This document shows, one piece after another, positions 50,701 through 63,500 of a DNA stretch of 64,000 nucleotides. The stretch spans positions 20,522,001 through 20,586,000 of the forward strand of contig OZ059899.1 of NCBI GenBank assembly GCA_964057225.1. Reading direction: 5' to 3'. Every line of letters begins with the position of its first letter. Positions within the stretch are counted from its first letter, which is position 1. Below the pieces are notes generated by a model that had not been told where the DNA came from, ran no database searches, and saw only the letters and a program-made list of their open reading frames with translations. This DNA is from Auanema rhodensis (lineage: Eukaryota > Animalia > Nematoda). Made by a program: the position numbers and the translations under genes.

Positions 50701-53381
50701 TATTACATTGAGAAACGCTTAATACAAAAATTAGTTATGATCGTTTGAAAAATGATGCATTGTATGTTGAGTTTCCATGTACACTCAACATTGCTTACAA
50801 AAACATTTTGACAAAAATTTTTCCGAAAAATTTCAAGATAATTTCGCAAAAATTAGATGTTTTTAGATTCCTTTTTTCAAGGCAAAGACGATGGACAATG
50901 TTATTCAACGAAAAAATTAATTCTGCAGGGTGAAAATCGAGGATATAAGTGTGAACTTATATCAGTTGATATCTCGGTGCATTTTTAAGCTGGCGCAAAT
51001 CTGATAACACAGATCGACGCAGCTTAAAAATCCGCATCGAATGCACTATACAACATTGAGAAACGCTTAATACAAAAGTTAGTTATGATCGTTTGAAAAA
51101 TGATGCATTAGTGTATGTTGAGTTTCCATGTACACTCGACATTGCTTCCAAAAACATTTTGACAAAAATTTTTCCGAAAAATTTCAAAATAATTTCGCAA
51201 AAATTAGATGTTTTTAGATTCCTTTTTTCAAGGCAAAGACGATGGACAATGTTATTCAACGAAAAAATTAATTCTGCAGGGTGAAAATCGAGGATATAAG
51301 TGTGAACTTATATCAGTTGATATCTCGGTGCATTTTTAAGCTAGCGCAAATCTGATAACACAGATCGACGCAGCTTAAAAATCCGCATCGAATGCACTAT
51401 ACTACATTGAGAAACGCTTAATACAAAAATTAGTTATGATCGTTTGAAAAATGATGCATTGTATGTTGAGTTTCCATGTACACTCAACATTGCTTACAAA
51501 AACATTTTGACAAAAATTTTTCCGAAAAATTTCAAGATAATTTCGCAAAAATTAGATGTTTTTAGATTCCTTTTCTCAAGGCAAAGACGATGGACAATGT
51601 TATTCAACGAAAAAATTAATTCTGCAGGGTGAAAATCGAGGATATAAGTGTGAACTTATATCAGTTGATATCTCGGTGCATTTTTAAGCTAGCGCAAATC
51701 TGATAACACAGATCGACGCAGCTTAAAAATCAGCATCGAATGCACTATACTACATTGAGAACGCTTAATACAAAAATTAGTTATGATCGTTTGAAAAATG
51801 ATGCATTGTATGTTGAGTTTCCATGTACACTCAACATTGCTTACAAAAACATTTTGACAAAAATTTTTCCGAAAAATTTCAAGATAATTTCGCAAAAATT
51901 AGATGTTTTTAGATTCCTTTTTTCAAGGCAAAGACGATGGACAATGTTATTCAACGAAAAAATTAATTCTGCAGGGTGAAAATCGAGGATATAAGTGTGA
52001 ACTTATATCAGTTGATATCTCGGTGCATTTTTAAGCTAGCGCAAATCTGATAACACAGATCGACGCAGCTTAAAAATCCGCATCGAATACACTATATTAC
52101 ATTGAGAAACGCTTAATACAAAAATTAGTTATGATCGTTTGAAAAATGATGCATTAGTGTATATTGAGTTTCCATGTACACTCAACATAGCTTCCAAAAA
52201 CATTTTGACAAAAATTTTTCCGAAAAATTTCGAAATAAATTCGCAAAAAGTAGGTGTTTTTAGATTCCTTTTTTTCAAGGCAAAGACGATGGACAATGTT
52301 ATTCAACGAAAAAATTAATTCTGCAGGGTGAAAATCGAGGATATAAGTGTGAACTTATATCAGTTGATATCTCGGTGCATTTTTAAGCTGGCGCAAATCT
52401 GATAACACAGATCGACGCAGCTTAAAAATCCGCATCGAATGCACTATACAACATTGAGAAACGCTTAATACAAAAGTTAGTTATGATCGTTTGAAAAATG
52501 ATGCATTAGTGTATGTTGAGTTTCCATGTACACTCGACATTGCTTCCAAAAACATTTTGACAAAAATTTTTCCGAAAAATTTCAAAATAATTTCGCAAAA
52601 ATTAGATGTTTTTAGATTCCTTTTTTCAAGGCAAAGACGATGGACAATGTTATTCAACGAAAAAATTAATTCTGCAGGGTGAAAATCGAGGATATAAGTG
52701 TGAACTTATATCAGTTGATATCTCGGTGCATTTTTAAGCTAGCGCAAATCTGATAACACAGATCGACGCAGCTTAAAAATCCGCATCGAATGCACTATAC
52801 TACATTGAGAAACGCTTAATACAAAAATTAGTTATGATCGTTTGAAAAATGATGCATTGTATGTTGAGTTTCCATGTACACTCAACATTGCTTACAAAAA
52901 CATTTTGACAAAAATTTTTCCGAAAAATTTCAAGATAATTTCGCAAAAATTAGATGTTTTTAGATTCCTTTTTTCAAGGCAAAGACGATGGACAATGTTA
53001 TTCAACGAAAAAATTAATTCTGCAGGGTGAAAATCGAGGATATAAGTGTGAACTTATATCAGTTGATATCTCGGTGCATTTTTAAGCTAGCGCAAATCTG
53101 ATAACACAGATCGACGCAGCTTAAAAATCCGCATCGAATACACTATATTACATTGAGAAACGCTTAATACAAAAATTAGTTATGATCGTTTGAAAAATGA
53201 TGCATTAGTGTATATTGAGTTTCCATGTACACTCAACATAGCTTCCAAAAACATTTTGACAAAAATTTTTCCGAAAAATTTCGAAATAAATTCGCAAAAA
53301 GTAGGTGTTTTTAGATTCCTTTTTTTCAAGGCAAAGACGATGGACAATGTTATTCAACGAAAAAATTAATTCTGCAGGGTG
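47786..53381. repeat. Subfamily domain 5: P (CTCGACATT), Q (348 bp, GCATTGTATG) and I (352 bp) monomers
   Basis: Q at 48296, 49347, 49695, 50745, 51444, 51791 and 52842. P at 47945, 48996, 50043, 50394, 51093 and 52491. 352-bp I at 48644, 52139 and 53190. Confidence 0.88.
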
Positions 53382-56300
53382 AAAATCGAGGATATAAGTG
53401 TGAACTTATATCAGTTGATATCTCGGTGCATTTTTAAGCTAGCGCAAATCTGATAACACAGATCGACGCAGCTTAAAAATCCGCATCGAATGCACTATAC
53501 ATCATTGAGAAACGTTTAATACAAAAATTAGTTATGATCGTTTGAAAAATGATGCATTAGTGTATATTGAGTTTCCATGTACACTCAACATAGCTTCCAA
53601 AAACATTTTGACAAAAATTTTTCCGAAAAATTTCGAAATAAATTCGCAAAAAGTAGGTGTTTTTAGATTCCTTTTTTCAAGGCAAAGACGATGGACAATG
53701 TTATTCAACGAAAAAATTAATTCTGCAGGGTGAAAATCGAGGATATAAGTGTGAACTTATATCAGTTGATATCTCGGTGCATTTTTAAGCTAGCGCAAAT
53801 CTGATAACACAGATCGACGCAGCTTAAAAATCCGCATCGAATGCACTATACATCATTGAGAAACGTTTAATACAAAAATTAGTTATGATCGTTTGAAAAA
53901 TGATGCATTAGTGTATATTGAGTTTCCATGTACACTCAACATAGCTTCCAAAAACATTTTGACAAAAATTTTTCCGAAAAATTTCGAAATAAATTCGCAA
54001 AAAGTAGATGTTTTTAGATTCCTTTTTTCAAGGCAAAGACGATGGACAATGTTATTGAACGAAAAAATTAATTCTGCAGGGTGAAAATCGAGGATATAAG
54101 TGTGAACTTATATCAGTTGATATCTCGGTGCATTTTTAAGCTAGCGCAAATCTGATAACACAGATCGACGCAGCTTAAAAATCCGCATCGAATGCACTAT
54201 ACTGCATTGAGAAACGCTTAATACAAAAGTTAGTTATGATCGTTTGAAAAATGATGCATTAGTGTATGTTGAGTTTCCATGTACACTCAACATTGCTTCC
54301 AAAAACATTTTGACAAAAATTTTTCCGAAAAATTTTAAAATAATTTCGCAAAAAGTAGGTGTTTTTAGATTCCTTTTTTTCAAGGCAAAGACGATGGACA
54401 ATGTTATTCAACGAAAAAATTAATTCTGCAGGGTGAAAATCGAGGATATAAGTGTGAACTTATATCAGTTGATATCTCGGTGCATTTTTAAGCTAGCGCA
54501 AATCTGATAACACAGATCGACGCAGCTTAAAAATCCGCATCGAATGCACTATACTACATTGAGAAACGCTTGATACAAAAATTAGGTATGATCGTTTGAA
54601 AAATGATGCATTAGTGTATATTGAGTTTCCATGTACACTCAACATAGCTTCCAAAAACATTTTGACAAAAATTTTTCCGAAAAATTTCGAAATAAATTCG
54701 CAAAAAGTAGGTGTTTTTAGATTCCTTTTTTTCAAGGCAAAGACGATGGACAATGTTATTCAACGAAAAAATTAATTCTGCAGGGTGAAAATCGAGGATA
54801 TAAGTGTGAACTTATATCAGTTGATATCTCGGTGCATTTTTAAGCTAGCGCAAATCTGATAACACAGATCGACGCAGCTTAAAAATCCGCATCGAATGCA
54901 CTATACATCATTGAGAAACGTTTAATACAAAAATTAGTTATGATCGTTTGAAAAATGATGCATTAGTGTATATTGAGTTTCCATGTACACTCAACATAGC
55001 TTCCAAAAACATTTTGACAAAAATTTTTCCGAAAAATTTCGAAATAAATTCGCAAAAAGTAGATGTTTTTAGATTCCTTTTTTCAAGGCAAAGACGATGG
55101 ACAATGTTATTGAACGAAAAAATTAATTCTGCAGGGTGAAAATCGAGGATATAAGTGTGAACTTATATCAGTTGATATCTCGGTGCATTTTTAAGCTAGC
55201 GCAAATCTGATAACACAGATCGACGCAGCTTAAAAATCCGCATCGAATGCACTATACTGCATTGAGAAACGCTTAATACAAAAGTTAGTTATGATCGTTT
55301 GAAAAATGATGCATTAGTGTATGTTGAGTTTCCATGTACACTCAACATTGCTTCCAAAAACATTTTGACAAAAATTTTTCCGAAAAATTTTAAAATAATT
55401 TTGCAAAAAGTAGGTGTTTTTAGATTCTTTTTTTTCAAGGCAAAGACGATGGACAATGTTATTCAACGAAAAAATTAATTCTGCAGGGTGAAAATCGAGG
55501 ATATAAGTGTGAACTTATATCAGTTGATATCTCGGTGCATTTTTAAGCTAGCGCAAATCTGATAACACAGATCGACGCAGCTTAAAAATCCGCATCGAAT
55601 GCACTATACATCATTGAGAAACGTTTAATACAAAAATTAGTTATGATCGTTTGAAAAATGATGCATTAGTGTATATTGAGTTTCCATGTACACTCAACAT
55701 AGCTTCCAAAAACATTTTGACAAAAATTTTTCCGAAAAATTTCGAAATAAATTCGCAAAAAGTAGATGTTTTTAGATTCCTTTTTTCAAGGCAAAGACGA
55801 TGGACAATGTTATTCAACAAAAAAATCAATTCTTCAGGGTGAAAATCGAGGATATAAGTGTGAACTTATATCAGTTGATATCTCGGTGCATTTTTAAGCT
55901 AGCGCAAATCTGATAACACAGATCGACGCAGCTTAAAAATCCGCATCGAATGCACTATACTGCATTGGGAAACGCTTAATACAAAAGTTAGTTATGATCG
56001 TTTGAAAAATGATGCATTAGTGTATGTTGAGTTTCCATGTACACTCAACATTGCTTTCAAAAACATTTTGACAAAAATTTTTATGAAAAATTTTAAAATA
56101 AATTCGCAAAAAGTAGATGTTTTTAGATTCCTTTTTTCAAGGCAAAGACGATGGACAATGTTATTCAACGAAAAAATTAATTCTGCAGGGTGAAAATCGA
56201 GGATATAAGTGTGAACTTATATCAGTTGATATCTCGGTGCATTTTTAAGCTAGCGCAAATCTGATAACACAGATCGACGCAGCTTAAAAATCCGCATCGA

Positions 56301-57598
56301 ATGCACTATACTGCATTGGGAAACGCTTAATACAAAAGTTAGTTATGATCGTTTGAAAAATGATGCATTAGTGTATGTTGAGTTTCCATGTACACTCAAC
56401 ATTGCTTCCAAAAACATTTTGACAAAAATTTTTCCGAAAAATTTTAAAATAATTTTGCAAAAAGTAGGTGTTTTTAGATTCCTTTTTTTCAAGGCAAAGA
56501 CGATGGACAATGTTATTCAACGAAAAAATTAATTCTGCAGGGTGAAAATCGAGGATATAAGTGTGAACTTATATCAGTTGATATCTCGGTGCATTTTTAA
56601 GCTAGCGCAAATCTGATAACACAGATCGACGCAGCTTAAAAATCCGCATCGAATGCACTATACATCATTGAGAAACGTTTAATACAAAAATTAGTTATGA
56701 TCGTTTGAAAAATGATGCATTAGTGTATATTGAGTTTCCATGTACACTCAACATAGCTTCCAAAAACATTTTGACAAAAATTTTTCCGAAAAATTTCGAA
56801 ATAAATTCGCAAAAAGTAGATGTTTTTAGATTCCTTTTTTCAAGGCAAAGACGATGGACAATGTTATTCAACAAAAAAATCAATTCTTCAGGGTGAAAAT
56901 CGAGGATATAAGTGTGAACTTATATCAGTTGATATCTCGGTGCTTTTTTAAGCTAGTGCAAATCTGATAACACAGATCGACGCAGCTTAAAAATCCGCAT
57001 CGAATGCACTATACTACATTGAGAAACGCTTGATACAAAAATTAGGTATGATCGTTTGAAAAATGATGCATTAGTGTATATTGAGTTTCCATGTACACTC
57101 AACATAGCTTCCAAAAACATTTTGACAAAAATTTTTCCGAAAAATTTCGAAATAAATTCGCAAAAAGTAGGTGTTTTTAGATTCCTTTTTTCAAGGCAAA
57201 GACGATGGACAATGTTATTCAACGAAAAAATTAATTCTGCAGGGTGAAAATCGAGGATATAAGTGTGAACTTATATCAGTTGATATCTCGGTGCATTTTT
57301 AAGCTAGCGCAAATCTGATAACACAGATCGACGCAGCTTAAAAATCCGCATCGAATGCACTATACTACATCGAGAAACGCTTGATACAAAAATTAGGTAT
57401 GATCGTTTGAAAAATGATGCATTAGTGTATGTTGAGTTCCCATGTACACTCAACATAGCTTCCAAAAACATTTTGACAAAAATTTTTCCGAAAAATTTCG
57501 AAATAAATTCGCAAAAAGTAGATGTTTTTAGATTCCTTTTTTCAAGGCAAAGACGATGGACAATGTTATTCATCGAAAAAATTAATTCTGCAGGGTGA
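53382..57598. repeat. Subfamily domain 6 (I type: GTATATTGAG, AACATAGC, GAAATAAATT) alternating with 352-bp monomers carrying an extra T
   Basis: I markers at 53542, 53893, 54596, 54948, 55651, 56705 and 57056. Extra T in the CCTTTTTT run at 54244, 54596, 55299 and 56353. Confidence 0.82.
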
Positions 57599-60500
57599 AA
57601 ATCGAGGATATAAGTGTGAACTTATATCAGTTGATATCTCGGTGCATTTTTAAGCTAGCGCAAATCTGATAACAAAGATCGACGCAGCTTAAAAATCCGC
57701 ATCGAATGCACTATACTACATTGAGAAACGCTTGATACAAAAATTAGTTATGATCGTTTGAAAAAAGATGCATTAGTGTATGTTGAGTTTCCATGTACAC
57801 TCAACATTGCTTCCAAAAACATTTTGACAAAAATTTTTCAAAAAATTTCAAAATAATTTCGCAAAAAGTAAATGTTTTTAGATTCTTTTCTCCAAGGCAA
57901 AGACGTTGGACAATGTTATTCAACGAAAAAATTAATTCTGCAGGGTGAAAATCGAGGATATAAGTGTGAACTTATATCAGTTGATATCTCGGTGCATTTT
58001 TAAGCTAGCGCAAATCTGATAACACAGATCGACGCAGCTTAAAAATCCGCATCGAATGCACTATACTACATTGAAAAACGCTTGATACAAAAATTAGGTA
58101 TGATCGTTTGAAAAAAGATGCATTAGTGTATGTTGAGTTTCCATGTACACTCAACATTGCTTCCAAAAACATTTTTACAAAAATTTTTCCGAAAAATTTC
58201 GAAATAATTTCGCAAAAAGTAGATGTTTTTAGATTCCTTTTTTCAAGGCAAAGACGATGAACATTGTTATTCAACGAAAAAATTGATTCTGCAGGGTGAA
58301 AATCGAGGATATAAGTGTGAACTTATATCAGTTGATATCTCGGTGCATTTTTAAGCTAGCGCAAATCTGATAACACAGATCGACGCAGCTTGAAAATCCG
58401 CATCGAATGCACTTTACAACATTGAGAAACGCTTAATACAAAACTTAGTTATGATCGTTTGAAAAATGATGCATTAGTGTATGTTGAGTTTCCATGTACA
58501 CTCAACATTGCTTCCAAAAACATTTTGACAAAAATTTTTCCGAAAAATTTCGAAAAAATTTCGCAAAAAGTAGATGTTTTTAGATTCCTTTTTTCAAGGC
58601 AAAGACGATGGACAATGTTATTCAACGAAAAAATTATTTCTGCAGGGTGAAAATCGAGGATATAAGTGTGAACTTATATCAGTTGATATCTCGGTGCAAT
58701 TTTAAGCTAGCGCAAATCTGATAATACAGATCGACGCAGCTTAAAAATCCGCATCGAATGCACTATACTGCATTGAGAAACGCTTAATACAAAAGTTAGT
58801 TATGATCGTTTGAAAAATGATGCATTAGTGTATGTTGAGTTTCCATGTACACTCAACATTGCTTCCAAAAACATTTTGACAAAAATTTTTCCGAAAAATT
58901 TCAAAATAATTTCGCAAAAATTAGATGTTTTTAGATTCCTTTTTTCAAGGCAAAGACGATGGACAATGTTATTCAACGAAAAAATTAATTCTGCAGGGTG
59001 AAAATCGAGGATATAAGTGTGAACTTATATCAGTTGATATCTCGGTGCATTTTTAAGCTAGCGCAAATCTGATAACACAGATCGACGCAGCTTGAAAATC
59101 CGCATCGAATGCACTATACAACATTGAGAAACGCTTAATACAAAACTTAGTTATGATCGTTTGAAAAATGATGCATTAGTGTATGTTGAGTTTCCATGTA
59201 CACTCAACATTGCTTCCAAAAACATTTTGACAAAAATTTTTCCAAAAAATTTCGAAAAAATTTCGCAAAAAGTAGATGTTTTTAGATTCCTTTTTTCAAG
59301 GCAAAGACGATGGACAATGTTATTCAACGAAAAAATTATTTCTGCAGGGTGAAAATCGAGGATATAAGTGTGAACTTATATCAGTTGATATCTCGGTGCA
59401 TTTTTAAGCTAGCGCAAATCTGATAACACAGATCGACGCAGCTTGAAAATCCGCATCGAATGCACTATACAACATTGAGAAACGCTCAATACAAAAATTA
59501 GTTATGATCGTTTGAAAAATGATGCATTAGTGTATGTTGAGTTTCCATGTACACTCAACATTGCTTCCAAAAACATTCTGACAAAAATTTTTCCGAAAAA
59601 TTTCAAAATAATTTCGCAAAAAGTAGATGTTTTTAGATTCCTTTTTTCAAGGCAAAGACGATGGACAATGTTATTCAACGAAAAAATTAATTCTGCAGGG
59701 TGAAAATCGAGGATATAAGTGTGAACTTATATTAGTTGATATCTCGGTGCATTTTTAAGCTAGCGCAAATCTGATAACACAGATCGACGCAGCTTGAAAA
59801 TCCGCATCGAATGCACTATACAACATTGAGAAACGCTCAATACAAAAATTAGTTATGATCGTTTGAAAAATGATGCATTAGTGTATGTTGAGTTTCCATG
59901 TACACTCAACATTGCTTCCAAAAACATTCTGACAAAAATTTTTCCGAAAAATTTCAAAATAATTTCGCAAAAAGTAGATGTTTTTAGATTCCTTTTTTCA
60001 AGGCAAAGACGATGGACAATGTTATTCAACGAAAAAATTAATTCTGCAGGGTGAAAATCGAGGATATAAGTGTGAACTTATATTAGTTGATATCTCGGTG
60101 CATTTTTAAGCTAGCGCAAATCTGATAACACAGATCGACGCAGCTTGAAAATCCGCATCGAATGCACTATACAACATTGAGAAACGCTTAATACAAAACT
60201 TAGTTATGATCGTTTGAAAAATGATGCATTAGTGTATGTTGAGTTTCCATGTACACTCAACATTGCTTCCAAAAACATTTTGACAAAAATTTTTCCGAAA
60301 AATTTCGAAAAAATTTCGCAAAAAGTAGATGTTTTTAGATTCCTTTTTTCAAGGCAAAGACGATGGACAATGTTATTCAACGAAAAAATTATTTCTGCAG
60401 GGTGAAAATCGAGGATATAAGTGTGAACTTATATCAGTTGATATCTCGGTGCATTTTTAAGCTAGCGCAAATCTGATAACACAGATCGACGCAGCTTGAA

Positions 60501-63500
60501 AATCCGCATCGAATGCACTATACAACATTGAGAAACGCTCAATACAAAAATTAGTTATGATCGTTTGAAAAATGATGCATTAGTGTATGTTGAGTTTCCA
60601 TGTACACTCAACATTGCTTCCAAAAACATTTTGACAAAAATTTTTCCGAAAAATTTCAAAATAATTTCGCGAAAAGTAGATGTTTTTAGATTCCTTTTTT
60701 CAAGGCAAAGACGATGGACAATGTTATTCAACGAAAAAATTAATTCTCCAGGGTGAAAATCGAGGATATAAGTGTGAACTTATATCAGTTGATATCTCGG
60801 TGCAATTTTAAGCTAGCGCAAATCTGATAATACAGATCGACGCAGCTTAAAAATCCGCATCGAATGCACTATACTGCATTGAGAAACGCTTAATACAAAA
60901 GTTAGTTATGATCGTTTGAAAAATGATGCATTAGTGTATGTTGAGTTTCCATGTACACTCAACATTGCTTCCAAAAACATTCTGACAAAAATTTTTCCGA
61001 AAAATTTCAAAATAATTTCGCAAAAAGTAGATGTTTTTAGATTCCTTTTTTCAAGGCAAAGACGATGGACAATGTTATTCAACGAAAAAATTAATTCTGC
61101 AGGGTGAAAATCGAGGATATAAGTGTGAACTTATATCAGTTGATATCTCGGTGCATTTTTAAGCTAGCGCAAATCTGATAACACAGATCGACGCAGCTTA
61201 AAAATCCGCATCGAATGCACTATACAACATTGAGAAACGCTTAATACAAAAGTTAGTTATGATCGTTTGAAAAATGATGCATTAGTGTATGTTGAGTTTC
61301 CATGTACACTCAACATTGCTTCCAAAAACATTTTGACAAAAATTTTTCCGAAAAATTTCAAAATAATTTCGCAAAAATTAGATGTTTTTAGATTCCTTTT
61401 TTCAAGGCAAAGACGATGGACAATGTTATTCAACGAAAAAATTAATTCTGCAGGGTGAAAATCGAGGATATAAGTGTGAACTTATATCAGTTGATATCTC
61501 GGTGCATTTTTAAGCTAGTGCAAATCTGATAACACAGATCGACGCAGCTTAAAAATCCGCATCGAATGCACTATACTACATTGAGAAACGCTTGATACAA
61601 AAATTAGGTATGATCGTTTGAAAAATGATGCATTAGTGTATATTGAGTTTCCATGTACACTCAACATAGCTTCCAAAAACATTTTGACAAAAATTTTTCC
61701 GAAAAATTTCGAAATAAATTCGCAAAAAGTAGGTGTTTTTAGATTCCTTTTTTCAAGGCAAAGACGATGGACAATGTTATTCAACGAAAAAATTAATTCT
61801 GCAGGGTGAAAATCGAGGATATAAGTGTGAACTTATATCAGTTGATATCTCGGTGCATTTTTAAGCTAGCGCAAATCTGATAACACAGATCGACGCAGCT
61901 TAAAAATCCGCATCGAATGCACTATACTACATCGAGAAACGCTTGATACAAAAATTAGGTATGATCGTTTGAAAAATGATGCATTAGTGTATGTTGAGTT
62001 CCCATGTACACTCAACATAGCTTCCAAAAACATTTTGACAAAAATTTTTCCGAAAAATTTCGAAATAAATTCGCAAAAAGTAGATGTTTTTAGATTCCTT
62101 TTTTCAAGGCAAAGACGATGGACAATGTTATTCATCGAAAAAATTAATTCTGCAGGGTGAAAATCGAGGATATAAGTGTGAACTTATATCAGTTGATATC
62201 TCGGTGCATTTTTAAGCTAGCGCAAATCTGATAACAAAGATCGACGCAGCTTAAAAATCCGCATCGAATGCACTATACTACATTGAGAAACGCTTGATAC
62301 AAAAATTAGTTATGATCGTTTGAAAAAAGATGCATTAGTGTATGTTGAGTTTCCATGTACACTCAACATTGCTTCCAAAAACATTTTGACAAAAATTTTT
62401 CAAAAAATTTCAAAATAATTTCGCAAAAAGTAAATGTTTTTAGATTCTTTTCTCCAAGGCAAAGACGTTGGACAATGTTATTCAACGAAAAAATTAATTC
62501 TGCAGGGTGAAAATCGAGGATATAAGTGTGAACTTATATCAGTTGATATCTCGGTGCATTTTTAAGCTAGCGCAAATCTGATAACACAGATCGACGCAGC
62601 TTAAAAATCCGCATCGAATGCACTATACTACATTGAAAAACGCTTGATACAAAAATTAGGTATGATCGTTTGAAAAAAGATGCATTAGTGTATGTTGAGT
62701 TTCCATGTACACTCAACATTGCTTCCAAAAACATTTTTACAAAAATTTTTCCGAAAAATTTCGAAATAATTTCGCAAAAAGTAGATGTTTTTAGATTCCT
62801 TTTTTCAAGGCAAAGACGATGGACAATGTTATTCAACGAAAAAATTATTTCTGCAGGGTGAAAATCGAGGATATAAGTGTGAACTTATATCAGTTGATAT
62901 CTCGGTGCAATTTTAAGCTAGCGCAAATCTGATAACACAGATCGACGCAGCTTGAAAATCCGCATCGAATGCACTTTACAACATTGAGAAACGCTTAATA
63001 CAAAACTTAGTTATGATCGTTTGAAAAATGATGCATTAGTGTATGTTGAGTTTCCATGTACACTCAACATTGCTTCCAAAAACATTTTGACAAAAATTTT
63101 TCCGAAAAATTTCGAAAAAATTTCGCAAAAAGTAGATGTTTTTAGATTCCTTTTTTCAAGGCAAAGACGATGGACAATGTTATTCAACGAAAAAATTATT
63201 TCTGCAGGGTGAAAATCGAGGATATAAGTGTGAACTTATATCAGTTGATATCTCGGTGCAATTTTAAGCTAGCGCAAATCTGATAATACAGATCGACGCA
63301 GCTTAAAAATCCGCATCCAATGCACTATACTGCATTGAGAAACGCTTAATACAAAAGTTAGTTATGATCGTTTGAAAAATGATGCATTAGTGTATGTTGA
63401 GTTTCCATGTACACTCAACATTGCTTCCAAAAACATTTTGACAAAAATTTTTCCGAAAAATTTCAAAATAATTTCGCAAAAATTAGATGTTTTTAGATTC

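Noticed and set aside
2229-62836. Minus-strand 62-93-aa ORFs (MNNIVHRLCLEK...)
   Set aside because: They appear only when particular SNP combinations remove stops, overlap the plus ORF in antisense, and show no coding signal.
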